Below are positions 1 to 8,498 of a stretch of 32,000 nucleotides of DNA, in pieces. The stretch is from Halogeometricum borinquense DSM 11551 (lineage in GTDB: Archaea; Halobacteriota; Halobacteria; Halobacteriales; Haloferacaceae). How positions within the stretch are numbered: the first letter of the stretch is position 1; every line of letters starts with the position of its first letter. The DNA lies in the NCBI RefSeq assembly GCF_000172995.2, contig NC_014729.1:2520001-2552000 (forward strand), written 5' to 3'. Both the position numbers and the translations under genes were made by a program. The notes beneath the pieces are model-generated. The model was not told the origin of the DNA and made no database searches. It saw only the letters and a program-made list of their open reading frames with translations.

Positions 1-21
1 CGTGAATGAGTCGGTACAGTC

Positions 22-381
22 CTACGCGAGGAGACGAGAGACGAGCAGAAAGAGGCGACGGAGGTTCTTGCCGAGTGACTTTTGACCTTCGCTGTGGAGT
101 GTGATGTCGTCCTCCTCGCCGAGGTGAATCTCGATTGTCCGGCCCCGGTCTTTCATGTCGGCCATCTTGATCGCCCGGATGCTCTCCAGCGGGACTATCA
201 TGTAGCGAAAGTCCTCGTCAGCGATGTCGGCGTTACAGTGTTTTCCGTAGACGTGAAGGCTGTTTTTCGTCAGCCCGATTTCGTACCCGATGTACTGCAT
301 CCCGGCGACGTCCGCGCCGGCACGTTCGCCCTTGACCTTCGCTCGGAGTAACTCCTCCGGCAATTCGATTCCATCGACCAT
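22..381 (-). CDS. hypothetical small acidic cytoplasmic protein (119 aa)
   Basis: Complete ORF with ATG at 381-379 (plus-strand cat). Acidic haloarchaeal-type composition (MVDGIELPEELL...). A TATA-like element lies ~27 nt upstream (405-412). No family recognised by eye. Confidence 0.55.
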   Translation of the reverse strand: MVDGIELPEELLRAKVKGERAGADVAGMQYIGYEIGLTKNSLHVYGKHCNADIADEDFRYMIVPLESIRAIKMADMKDRGRTIEIHLGEEDDITLHSEGQKSLGKNLRRLFLLVSRLLA

Positions 382-404
382 CGTCTGGTGATTTTCGAGC
401 GAGG

Positions 405-412
405 TGATAAAC
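405..412 (-). promoter_or_regulatory. TATA-box-like element (GTTTATCA on the minus strand) for the 22-381 gene
   Basis: A/T-rich octamer centred ~27 nt upstream of the ATG at 381. This spacing fits a leaderless archaeal transcript. Confidence 0.35.
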
Positions 413-495
413 GTAGTCCCGTCGGCTTCGCATCGGCGACCGCCGCGTTCGGCGGCGGAAAGAAAGACACACGGGCGAGAACGTTCGCCATCGGG

Positions 496-502
496 CTTTT
501 AG
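496..502 (+). promoter_or_regulatory. TATA-box-like element (CTTTTAG) for the DUF4112 gene
   Basis: Centred ~26 nt upstream of the ATG at 525, in an otherwise GC-rich divergent spacer. Confidence 0.35.
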
Positions 503-524
503 AGCGTTAGCTCGAACGAAAAGT

Positions 525-989
525 ATGGTACGAGATGACATCGCAAACGGGCGAGACGGCTACGGTGGAGAGATACCCGAGAGCGTAGACCAAGCGGCCG
601 TCGAGCGGATGCGATCAGTCGCGTACGTTCTCGACGACCTTGTGGGGATTCCGGGAACGAACAGTCGTGTCGGCATCGACCCAGTGCTCGGCACGGTCCC
701 CGTCGTCGGCGACGTGGTGAGCGCCGCGTTCTCGCTGTACATCGTCCTCGAATCGGCCCGACTCGGCGTCTCGTACAAAACGCTGTTAGTGATGATCGCA
801 AACGTCGCCATCGACACCGCTGGCGGGTCGCTACCGTACGTCGGCGTCCTTTTTGACGCGGTCTGGAAGGCGAACAAGTGGAACGTAGAGATGGCGCTCG
901 CAGAACTCACGGACGGCATGGACCTCGAAGACGAGTTCGGCGACGACGGAGACGAGGACGAAGGCCCCATCACCATCGACATAAAGTGA
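525..989 (+). CDS. DUF4112-family small membrane protein (154 aa)
   Basis: The segment GIDPVLGTVPVVGDVVSAAFSLYIV ... LPYVGVLFDAVWKANKWN matches my recollection of the DUF4112 signature (G-x-D-P-x-L-G-x-x-P-x-x-G-D ... F-D-x-x-W-K-A-N). It has two hydrophobic helices and an acidic C-terminal tail. Confidence 0.8.
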   Translation: MVRDDIANGRDGYGGEIPESVDQAAVERMRSVAYVLDDLVGIPGTNSRVGIDPVLGTVPVVGDVVSAAFSLYIVLESARLGVSYKTLLVMIANVAIDTAGGSLPYVGVLFDAVWKANKWNVEMALAELTDGMDLEDEFGDDGDEDEGPITIDIK

Positions 990-1040
990 GATCACGGCCC
1001 GACTGCGTCGCAACGCAAACGCTGTCAGAAACGTGTGGCA

Positions 1041-1727
1041 TTAGAAACTCGTGACGAGGCGCGCGAACGAGGCACGAACTCCCGGGAACCACGTGTCCTC
1101 ACGCACGAAGGCGATAGTCGTAGACCGGTCGATAGACGATTCGCCTGCTGCGTCGCCGGACCACCGAACGGTATCTGTTGTCGTCGTCGCGTCGCCGTAG
1201 CCGCCCTGAACCGCGTACCCGTCCGGCGCGCGAACCGTGAGTTCGTCCGCGCCGGCGTAGACCGTCCCTTCACCGCCGATAAGGAACGGATTCACTGGAC
1301 TGGAGGCGTGAAAGGAAGTAAACAGGAGAACGTCGGATTCAGACGTAACTGCGTCCGTATCGCGGTACGTGACGACCAGTGTGTCGCCGTCGAGGTGACT
1401 TGATACGTTCTCGGGCGTCGCCGGGGCGTACGTCTGCTCCATCGCATCGGCGACGACGTTCGACCGGAGGGTGTCGTTCGTCAGTCTGTCTGCTCCCGCG
1501 GCAAGAGCGACGCGCGCAGTCCACCGCGTCGAGCCGTTCTCCGCCACGTCCACGGCCATCGCCGACTGTTCTCGTTCGAGCGTGATACCATTCTCAGCGG
1601 CGGCGGTATCGAGTGCGTCAGTGCAGACACCGCAAGCGGCACGGGGAGGGGCGAGCGCTGCTGCGGGAACGGCGACAGCGAGTGAGAGGATGGCGATGAC
1701 GAGGACGAGTTGACGGGCGGAAGGCAT
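1041..1727 (-). CDS. exported protein of unknown function with a Sec-type signal peptide and a CGVC motif at the mature N-terminus (228 aa)
   Basis: I trimmed the ORF to the internal ATG at 1727-1725, which gives MPSARQLVLVIAILSLAVAVPAAALAPPRAACGVC. This has a positive n-region, a hydrophobic core and an AxA-like cleavage site. It lies 85 nt downstream of, and co-oriented with, the 1813-3150 gene. Confidence 0.65.
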   Translation of the reverse strand: MPSARQLVLVIAILSLAVAVPAAALAPPRAACGVCTDALDTAAAENGITLEREQSAMAVDVAENGSTRWTARVALAAGADRLTNDTLRSNVVADAMEQTYAPATPENVSSHLDGDTLVVTYRDTDAVTSESDVLLFTSFHASSPVNPFLIGGEGTVYAGADELTVRAPDGYAVQGGYGDATTTTDTVRWSGDAAGESSIDRSTTIAFVREDTWFPGVRASFARLVTSF

Positions 1728-1812
1728 GACGCGAAGATAACAGTGAGAGAACAAGAAAGTTACCGGCGAGGAGTCAATTCGACCCAAGAGTCCGGCCCGA
1801 CCAGTGACGGCC

Positions 1813-3150
1813 TCACATATTCGACTGAATCACGTCGGCGGCCTCCGCGCTCGTCTTCGGCGTTGCTTGCGCGATCGCTTCAATCAGCACGTACTGTTCG
1901 ACGATGTCGTTTATCCGCCGGGCAGAAACTCCACCATCTTCCTCGTCAGTATACCGACCAAGTCGTCTGGATACGTAGTCGAAATGATCCACATCCCGGA
2001 GAGAATAACGGTTAAGCCGCGGATGCTCTCCCGACTCCTTTGCCGACTCGACCGCATCAACCGCTCGGTTTCGGAGTTTCCGAACGTCGTCTGCGCTCTC
2101 GACGGTAACGTAGTCATCGTTTTCGGCCCGTTCGCGTAGTCGTTCAAACGCACGAATCCGGATCAACGTCGAGAACGCCGAGAGGACGAGATTCGCACGC
2201 TGTCCAGTGGCCCGCTCGTTGTCGATTCCGTGGGCAAACGCCACGTTACGTTGGAGGTCATCGAGCGCATAGCCGATGGGCGTGTCTTCTACGTCCGCGT
2301 CCACGTAGGATGACGGGTCACGGTCTGGTTCCGGAAGCGCTTTGCGCCGTTTGTCGAGTCTCGATGACAGCGTCTCGCCCGCGGCACGGAGACCAGCACC
2401 GACCGAGCGCGTCTCATCCAGCGAGGCGGTGAATCGGTCGTAGAGATACTCCCCGCACTGCAACGAGACTCGGGCCGCCGTGATCTCTCCCGCGAACTCG
2501 CCGAGCAAGATGGGATTCTTCGAGTCGGATCGTGTTTCGACACGGTCGTTTTGGAGTCGCCGACCGGTGTACGAAACGCGGTCCTCAATTGCCGCATGCG
2601 CCAACACCGCACGAATTGGGTCGTCTCCAACGTACCGCCACCGGCCGCGAAAGCCATCCATATCGTCTCGGACAGTCGGGATCTCCGCCTGAATGTCCCC
2701 GTACGTCACGTCGCCATCTATCGCACGCCATCCAGCAGCAACAGTGCGAACAGACTCGTGAGCGCCGCGGAGTTGCTGGAACGCCTCGTAGGTTGATTCC
2801 GCGTTCGTGACGTCCTCGATGTCCGCTTTGGCCTCCTCGTACTCGTCCGTGAGGTCGGCTCGAATCATGCCGTTCGGGATTTCCTCGGCGTCGAACGGTG
2901 CCGGAACCGTGGACAGTCGCTCGCGGGCCTCCGTCACGCTCCGGTCGATATACGACTGCTCGATGTTCACGGGTTCCAGAGACGTTACTGCCGGAGCGTC
3001 ACCCGAGATGGCCTCCTGCAACGCCGTCGCGTCTATCCTCGTCTCTTCGTCCTCAGAGAGCGGATTGAGTCCACTACACCCGGCGAGGGCGGCGGTTCCC
3101 GCCAACGCGAGGAATCCACGGCGAGTGGTCGAGGTGAGTTTGTCGGTCAT
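1813..3150 (-). CDS. Tat-exported lipoprotein of unknown function (445 aa, largely helical by composition)
   Basis: The N-terminus MTDKLTSTTRRGFLALAGTAALAGCSG carries a twin-arginine motif (TRRGFL) and a lipobox (LAGC). Its ATG at 3150 overlaps the upstream gene's stop codon (ATGA, 3147-3150). Confidence 0.75.
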   Translation of the reverse strand: MTDKLTSTTRRGFLALAGTAALAGCSGLNPLSEDEETRIDATALQEAISGDAPAVTSLEPVNIEQSYIDRSVTEARERLSTVPAPFDAEEIPNGMIRADLTDEYEEAKADIEDVTNAESTYEAFQQLRGAHESVRTVAAGWRAIDGDVTYGDIQAEIPTVRDDMDGFRGRWRYVGDDPIRAVLAHAAIEDRVSYTGRRLQNDRVETRSDSKNPILLGEFAGEITAARVSLQCGEYLYDRFTASLDETRSVGAGLRAAGETLSSRLDKRRKALPEPDRDPSSYVDADVEDTPIGYALDDLQRNVAFAHGIDNERATGQRANLVLSAFSTLIRIRAFERLRERAENDDYVTVESADDVRKLRNRAVDAVESAKESGEHPRLNRYSLRDVDHFDYVSRRLGRYTDEEDGGVSARRINDIVEQYVLIEAIAQATPKTSAEAADVIQSNM

Positions 3151-3857
3151 TGGGTACGCTCCTCAGTCGCGTTCTCGGTTGCGGCGTCAGTCGTGGACCC
3201 GTCGCCTGCCGTCTTCGGCCCGAAGTTCGGCGGTTCAGTCGTCGTCCTGTCGTCCGGAGGGACGCGGCGGTGACACCCGCTACTTCTCCAACTCGACCCG
3301 TGGCTGGTGACGGTATCGGGATCGAGTACCTCGGGAATCCGAATTAACATCGACACCGAATCCTTGGTATCGACTTCACAGCGAACGTCAACATCGCGGT
3401 AGGTGCTCCCGTAATCGGCATGGATATCGGTGTCGCTCCACGAAACGTTACACAGCGAGAGCGTGTGACAAGATTCGATGCTCCGCGTCTGGATGAACAG
3501 CGTCTCGCTATTGAAGTCCGTCTCGTTCACGAACTGCTGTGCTTCGTCTACACCCTTGATGTCCGCAAACTGGAGACGGTCGGCCTTCTCCGTGCTAGCG
3601 ATTAATTCATAGACCAGTGGGCGTTTCTGTGGTTCGTCGGACGGGGTCTGACCCGTTTCGGTCTCGTCTGGGAGCCAGATTGGTGGCTCGTTCACCGGAT
3701 TCCGCAACTCGTAGTGTTCCGGAACGACCCTGTCTTTTGGACGGCCGCCTACGACGGCTGTTCCCTCTGTCGAACTGTTCTGCCCGTTGCATCCGGCTGT
3801 TCCCAAGACAAGCGCGACTGTTCCCTGAAGGAGTCGCCTGCGCGTAAGGAGGGCCAT
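3147..3857 (-). CDS. Tat-exported lipoprotein of unknown function (236 aa)
   Basis: I verified the reading frame codon by codon down to the TGA at 3147-3149. The chosen start, ATG at 3857-3855, gives MALLTRRRLLQGTVALVLGTAGCNG (twin-arginine motif plus lipobox). The track ORF begins at a TTG at 3950, and that extra 31 aa does not look like part of a signal peptide. The mature part has four Cys, and the C-terminal tail is T/E/D-rich. Confidence 0.7.
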   Translation of the reverse strand: MALLTRRRLLQGTVALVLGTAGCNGQNSSTEGTAVVGGRPKDRVVPEHYELRNPVNEPPIWLPDETETGQTPSDEPQKRPLVYELIASTEKADRLQFADIKGVDEAQQFVNETDFNSETLFIQTRSIESCHTLSLCNVSWSDTDIHADYGSTYRDVDVRCEVDTKDSVSMLIRIPEVLDPDTVTSHGSSWRSSGCHRRVPPDDRTTTEPPNFGPKTAGDGSTTDAATENATEERTQ

Positions 3858-3994
3858 ACACGCTATAGACAAATGACACTCGTAAGCGCTGGGGATTTGA
3901 TCGGAGTCGTAGCCGGAGGTTCGGCACCCCGCAAGGAACCGCGGCCCCAATTCTATATCGCGCCTACCAGTTTATTGGCCCTCGACTCGGGGTC

Positions 3995-4001
3995 CTTTTA
4001 G
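3995..4001 (+). promoter_or_regulatory. TATA-box-like element (CTTTTAG) for rio2
   Basis: Centred ~26 nt upstream of the ATG at 4024, which is leaderless spacing. Confidence 0.35.
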
Positions 4002-4023
4002 GTATCGCGGGCGTCCCTCCGGT

Positions 4024-4935
4024 ATGGTGCGGAACGTCGCGGGTGTGATGGCCGAACTCGAATCCGAGGACTTCTACCTCCTCTCTGGCGTCGAGCAGGG
4101 GATGCGCTTCGGAGAGTGGGTGAACCGCGGCAAACTCCCCGACCTCTCCGGTCTCACACCGGAGAACGTAGAATACCGACTGAACCGTTGCATGCGACGT
4201 GACCTCGTCGAACGCAAGACTATCCAGTACGAGGGGTACAAACTCGCCGTCGAAGGCTACGACGCCTTAGCCCTCCGGACGTTCTCGAAACGAGACACCA
4301 TCCAAGGTGTCGGTGCCCCCCTCGGCGTCGGGAAGGAAAGCGACGTGTTCGAGGTGCAGTCGTACAAACCGCTGGCGCTGAAGTTCCACCGCGAGGGATA
4401 CACGAACTTCCGAGAGGTGATGCGCGAACGCGAATACACCTCCGACAACCAGCACGTATCGTGGCTGTACACCGCACGCAAGGCGGCCGAGCGCGAGTAC
4501 GAGGTGTTAGAAGACCTCTATCCCGACGTGTCGGTCCCTCGGCCCATCGACCAGAACCGCCACGCTATCGTGATGGAGAAACTCGGAGGCGTCGAACTCG
4601 ACCGGGCGAAACTCGAAGACGATCAAGTGGTTGGCGTCCTCGACCTCGTGCTGAACGAGGTGGCGGCAGCCTACGACGCCGGGTACGTCCACGCCGACAT
4701 GAGCGAGTACAACGTCGCGGTCGGTGAGCAGGGCGTAATTATCTTCGATTGGCCGCAGGCGGTTTCGACCGACCACGACAACGCGCGTGAACTCCTCGAA
4801 CGCGACGTGAAGAACGTTCTCGGCTACTTCAGACGGAAATATCCCGCGTCGATACCCGATGACATCGACGAGCCGTCGCTATGTGACGCCGTCGCAGAAA
4901 ACGAGTTCCAAACGGTCCGCGCGTTCGCTAACTAA
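4024..4935 (+). CDS. rio2: RIO-type serine/threonine protein kinase Rio2
   Basis: The N-terminus is a winged-helix domain (EDFYLLSGVEQGMRFGEWV...YRLNRCMRRDLVERK...YEGYKLAVEGYDALAL). It is followed by a RIO kinase core: GVGKESDVFEV, LALKFHR, catalytic HADMSEYNVAV and metal-binding IIFDWPQAV. Confidence 0.9.
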   Translation: MVRNVAGVMAELESEDFYLLSGVEQGMRFGEWVNRGKLPDLSGLTPENVEYRLNRCMRRDLVERKTIQYEGYKLAVEGYDALALRTFSKRDTIQGVGAPLGVGKESDVFEVQSYKPLALKFHREGYTNFREVMREREYTSDNQHVSWLYTARKAAEREYEVLEDLYPDVSVPRPIDQNRHAIVMEKLGGVELDRAKLEDDQVVGVLDLVLNEVAAAYDAGYVHADMSEYNVAVGEQGVIIFDWPQAVSTDHDNARELLERDVKNVLGYFRRKYPASIPDDIDEPSLCDAVAENEFQTVRAFAN

Positions 4936-5047
4936 CCTGCCGCCGCGATTTCTGCTGTCAGATCACGCTCAGAGTCCGTAAAACAGCGTCTCGCTTGGAG
5001 AAACGGACGAATAACGAGCATCTGCACTCGTCGCTGAAAACGGAAAT

Positions 5048-5066
5048 ATATTGCATAGTGCAATAT
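5048..5066. repeat. perfect AT-rich palindrome ATATTGCA-tag-TGCAATAT
   Basis: 8-bp arms with a 3-nt spacer, counted directly. It lies in the 286-nt convergent spacer between rio2 and trmB. Confidence 0.7.
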
Positions 5067-5221
5067 CAAATTGGGTTCTCGTTCCGAATCCGTCTCCGCT
5101 ATCGCTCGCAGAGACCGTTCGACTGGTAGAACACGTACCCGGTCGATAGAGACGCTTCTCACAGAACGGCAATCGGGATGAAAACAGCTGGTCCGCAGTG
5201 AAGCGAAAGTCGTGTCGTCGT

Positions 5222-6274
5222 TCAGCCGAGGTGACGGAGTTCGACGGTGTCTGCCTCGAAGTCCTCGATAAACGCACCCTTTCCGCCGATGCTAAACGTC
5301 CCGTCATCGGTTTCGATCACCAGCGTGTTCTCGACGGGGAAAGAGTTAGTCGAGGGTTCGAGCAGTCCCTGTCGGATGTCTACGATGGTGCCTGATAACT
5401 CCGAGGGGCCGTTCTCGACGTGGACGGGACGCCCGGTAACGTGGGCGACGAGGTCGGTCCCCGTCCGAGCGCGGAGCGTCGCCTGTAGGACCGCATGCCG
5501 GAAGTCGTCGTACGTCGCCGGGAGTTCGTCGAGATCACAGGTGTACGTCTCTGCGGCCATCGGCCAGTAATTCCCGAGGAACGAACCGACGAGGACCGGG
5601 CCGAGTTGCTCCTGTGCGAGAACAATCGCTTGCGCGGCGCTGTTCGACCGCGTGAGCATCTCCGTCGGCGCGACGATACCTGCTTCCTGATCCACAGAGA
5701 GCATGGTCGGCATCGGCTCCTCCCACGCCCGTGCTACCGACGCGAGACCCGAGAGTTCGAGGTCGTCGGTAGGGCTGACGCCGGTGACGATGAGCAGGAC
5801 GAGAACGCCTCTATCGACGGCGTCGCGCAGTTCGTCGGCCATCTCATCAACGAGCGAGTACGGCACACCAAGCGTTACCTCGCTGTTGGCGCGGTCGATG
5901 AGTTCGGCGATGCGCTTCAGAACCGTCACCCGCGATTTCACCACCTCGAACCGCTCCGAACGCGGGGCCGCGCGGGAGAACCGCGACTCCAAGGCGGGTC
6001 GCATCTCTTCGAGATCCGTCGAGAGCGACTCCACCACGTCCGCTGGCGGTTGTGCGCGGATGGTCGTCGGCACGGCGTGATCGTTCACCTCGACGAAGCC
6101 GCGACTCTGGAGTTTCTCGGCGATGCTGTAGACGTAGCGTTTCGAAACGTCCGCCTCCTCGGCGATAGTGCTCGCCTTCGCCTCGCCGAGTTCGAGAATC
6201 GTGAGATAAGTATCAATCTCCTTATCAGAGAACCCGAACCGCTGGAGCAGTTCGATGAGAGCGGCGTCATCCAT
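5222..6274 (-). CDS. trmB: TrmB-family sugar-responsive transcriptional regulator
   Basis: The N-terminal winged HTH reads LQRFGFSDKEIDTYLTILELGEAKASTIAEEADVSKRYVYSIAEKLQSRGFVEV. A long C-terminal effector-type domain follows, for 350 aa in total. The gene is adjacent to glycoside hydrolases and a sugar ABC transporter, which is the classical TrmB context. Confidence 0.88.
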   Translation of the reverse strand: MDDAALIELLQRFGFSDKEIDTYLTILELGEAKASTIAEEADVSKRYVYSIAEKLQSRGFVEVNDHAVPTTIRAQPPADVVESLSTDLEEMRPALESRFSRAAPRSERFEVVKSRVTVLKRIAELIDRANSEVTLGVPYSLVDEMADELRDAVDRGVLVLLIVTGVSPTDDLELSGLASVARAWEEPMPTMLSVDQEAGIVAPTEMLTRSNSAAQAIVLAQEQLGPVLVGSFLGNYWPMAAETYTCDLDELPATYDDFRHAVLQATLRARTGTDLVAHVTGRPVHVENGPSELSGTIVDIRQGLLEPSTNSFPVENTLVIETDDGTFSIGGKGAFIEDFEADTVELRHLG

Positions 6275-6298
6275 GAGAATACATGCAGAACACGGTCA

Positions 6299-6305
6299 CT
6301 TATAC
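6299..6305 (-). promoter_or_regulatory. TATA-box-like element (GTATAAG on the minus strand) for trmB
   Basis: Centred ~28 nt upstream of the ATG at 6274, within the 60-nt spacer after the GH13 stop codon. Confidence 0.4.
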
Positions 6306-6334
6306 TGCCCTGAAACTGGAGGTAGGCCCAGCGG

Positions 6335-8395
6335 TCAGTCGAGACGCAAGACGACAGCGTCCGTGATGTGGATACTCTCGTTTGAGCCGACGTTCGCAGT
6401 CGAAATCAGGTCCGTCGCGGCCGAGAGGTCCACCTCGCCATCAAACGACACTGTCGCGTCGTCCGCGCCGAAGTTAACAACGACGAGGAGGGAGTCGTCA
6501 CCCGCCGTGCGCTCGTATGCGACGACAGTGGACGCATCGGCGCCCGAGACCGAACAGGAGACGGGTTCGACCGACCCAGAACGGAGGGCAGGTTCGGACT
6601 GGCGAAGTCCGACGAGACGGCGGTGGAAATCGGTCAGGTCGTCGTCGCCGTCGTGCCAGCGCATCGTGCCACGTTGTTCGGTGACGCCGCGTTCCTGTCC
6701 GTAGTAGATGAGCGGCGTTCCGGGGAGCGTGAACGTCACCGCGACGGCGGCGCGCAGGGCATCGGCCCCGCATTCGTCGAGATACCGATCCTCGTCGTGG
6801 TTCTCAACGTAGCGCATGTGGACCGCCTCGTCGGGATAGCCGAGGCGGGCGGACGCGTCGAGAGCGTCGAAGATTGCCGTCGCGGATTTCTCACCGTTCC
6901 CTATGTCACGAAGTGCGTCGTAGAGGTCCGTATCGTAATGTAGGTCGAACTCGTTCTCGCGGAACGCCGGCCGCCGCGGGACGGTCTCATCCAAGAGCAG
7001 GAAGTCGGGGTACTCGCGCTTGAGACGCGCACGGACCTCCTTCCAGAACCCGTGCGGGACGCCCCACGCCACGTCACAGCGGAACCCGTCTACGAGCGGT
7101 GCCCACTCATCCACTACGTCAAGCATCCACTCGCGGACGCGGAGGGAGTCGTAGTTCAAATTCGGAATCTGCCACCAGTTGAAGTAGACTCCCGGCGCGC
7201 CGTCGGCCGACCAGTCGATGTCGGACACGTTGCGTCCGTCCGAGACACGTTCATACAGGTCTTCGTACCCTTCGACGCCCGCCTCGTGCAGTTGGTATGC
7301 GGGATGGTCGCGCGAGGTGTGGTTTATCACGAGGTCGAAGACGACGCGGATTCCCGACTCGTGCAGGCGGTCCACGAGCGATTCGAACGCCGCTCTCGTC
7401 CCGAGGTCGTCCGCAGTGTCGAATAGATCAGTGATGTGATAGCCGTGGTGCGTCGGACTCTTGCAGACGGGAGTAAGCCAGACCGTATCGACGCCGAGAT
7501 GTTCGAGATAGGGAACGCGTCGTTCGATCTCTTCGAACGTCGTGTCCACCGTCTCGCCCGCGAACTCGCGGACGAATATCTGGTAGACAATAGCGTCCTC
7601 GACCCACTCGGGCGCGTCCGCGGGGTGGGAGACCGTCACGTCAGTACCCTCAGCAGAGAGTTCGAGAGTATCCGAGAGGCCATGACGTTCCGCGACTGGA
7701 ACCGCGTGGATACGCGTCGTCTCGGAGACGGCCGCGACGGGGAGACGGAGTTCGTCGCCCGCTCTGGACACGTCTTCGATAGTGAGTTCATCGCGGTCGT
7801 CGAGGTAGAACTCGACCGTCGGGTCGTGACCGTCCGGGGCCGCCGTTGCGTCCGCGCTCACGATGAGTTCGTCACCCTCTCGGACAGCGTCGAGTCGAAG
7901 TCGGGGACGACCCGGCCCCTCGACGGTCACCTCGGTCGTGGCGAACGTGTCGAAGTCGTCGTCGAACGCGAAAATAGCGTCGTGTGTTCCGGGTGGCAGC
8001 GTCGCAGTCGCGGTCCACGCCTCGCCGTCGAACGTCGGTCGGGTGAGGCCCATCGTGAAGTCGTTGAACGGACCGATGACCGAAATATTCTCGACCGAGT
8101 CGGGGTCTACAGCCACGTCTGACGCCTCGACGCGAAACGCCGCTGTCTGGCGCGGATCCGGAAACGCGCGGACGGTCTGTCGGTGTGGCCCGTCGGGTGC
8201 GTCGAGTTCGAGTCGGTAGATGCCGGGGGCATCCGGTTCGAGGTGGACGACGGCCCCGTCACCGACTGTCAGGCCGCTTTCTTCGGGTTGTTCGACGAGT
8301 TTCCAACGGAAGGTCTCTGCCGCATCGGGGTTTCGCGGGGCGAGTTCCACGGCGTCGCCGACGTGGACGAACCGCGGGGGTCCGGGATGGTGCAT
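6335..8395 (-). CDS. cytoplasmic GH13 alpha-amylase-family enzyme with a ~270-aa N-terminal beta-rich extension
   Basis: GH13 conserved regions are present: DLVINH (I), GFRCDVAWG (II), LLLDE (III) and YVENHD (IV). There is no signal peptide. The track ORF starts at a GTG (8401), and I prefer the ATG two codons in (8395, MHHPGPP...). The N-terminal part contains a CBM48/E-set-like stretch, ISVIGPFNDF...WTATATLPPGTHDAIFAF. Confidence 0.88.
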   Translation of the reverse strand: MHHPGPPRFVHVGDAVELAPRNPDAAETFRWKLVEQPEESGLTVGDGAVVHLEPDAPGIYRLELDAPDGPHRQTVRAFPDPRQTAAFRVEASDVAVDPDSVENISVIGPFNDFTMGLTRPTFDGEAWTATATLPPGTHDAIFAFDDDFDTFATTEVTVEGPGRPRLRLDAVREGDELIVSADATAAPDGHDPTVEFYLDDRDELTIEDVSRAGDELRLPVAAVSETTRIHAVPVAERHGLSDTLELSAEGTDVTVSHPADAPEWVEDAIVYQIFVREFAGETVDTTFEEIERRVPYLEHLGVDTVWLTPVCKSPTHHGYHITDLFDTADDLGTRAAFESLVDRLHESGIRVVFDLVINHTSRDHPAYQLHEAGVEGYEDLYERVSDGRNVSDIDWSADGAPGVYFNWWQIPNLNYDSLRVREWMLDVVDEWAPLVDGFRCDVAWGVPHGFWKEVRARLKREYPDFLLLDETVPRRPAFRENEFDLHYDTDLYDALRDIGNGEKSATAIFDALDASARLGYPDEAVHMRYVENHDEDRYLDECGADALRAAVAVTFTLPGTPLIYYGQERGVTEQRGTMRWHDGDDDLTDFHRRLVGLRQSEPALRSGSVEPVSCSVSGADASTVVAYERTAGDDSLLVVVNFGADDATVSFDGEVDLSAATDLISTANVGSNESIHITDAVVLRLD

Positions 8396-8467
8396 ACTCA
8401 CACAGGCGAGCGGAGCGGTTTGACTGTTTCGGAGTATTGGAAATTTGTGAACGGCAATTACACCAAA

Positions 8468-8474
8468 GTTATTA
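8468..8474 (+). promoter_or_regulatory. TATA-box-like element (GTTATTA) for the GH15 gene
   Basis: Centred ~28 nt upstream of the ATG at 8499. Confidence 0.4.
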
Positions 8475-8498
8475 CCCTCGGAGTGGGACTGGCGGGCA

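Noticed and set aside
440-455. GC hairpin CCGCCG-cgtt-CGGCGG in the first divergent spacer
   Set aside because: A 6-bp GC-only stem is expected by chance in GC-rich DNA. It lies upstream of both promoters and is followed by no T-run.
5091-5154. Long-range pairing CGTCT-ccg-CTATCG ... CGATAG-AGACG enclosing ~39 nt, as a possible structured RNA
   Set aside because: The stems are short (6 + 5 bp) and bulged, and I have no covariation evidence. This could easily be chance. I record it only in case transcript data show an sRNA here.
4932-5162. 76-aa minus-strand ORF filling the rio2/trmB spacer
   Set aside because: It is basic and hydrophobic, unlike haloarchaeal proteins. It has no upstream TATA or SD, and it overlaps the rio2 stop codon. 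It is more likely 3'-UTR or terminator space.
5495-6313. 272-aa ORF antisense to trmB. Similar shadows occur at 7436-8122 (GH13), 12222-12920 (binding protein), 10599-11147 and 10966-11580 (ATPase) and 19601-20407 (transducer).
   Set aside because: All are embedded opposite or out of frame in genes with clear family motifs. All are basic or low-complexity, and none has promoter-like sequence upstream.
8421-8436. TGACTgtttcgGAGTA in the GH13/GH15 divergent spacer as a possible TrmB operator
   Set aside because: It only partly resembles the Halobacterium TrmB motif as I remember it (TACT-N7-8-GAGTA). The first base differs and the spacer is 6 nt. No second copy occurs in the other promoters of the locus. 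The evidence is too weak to call.
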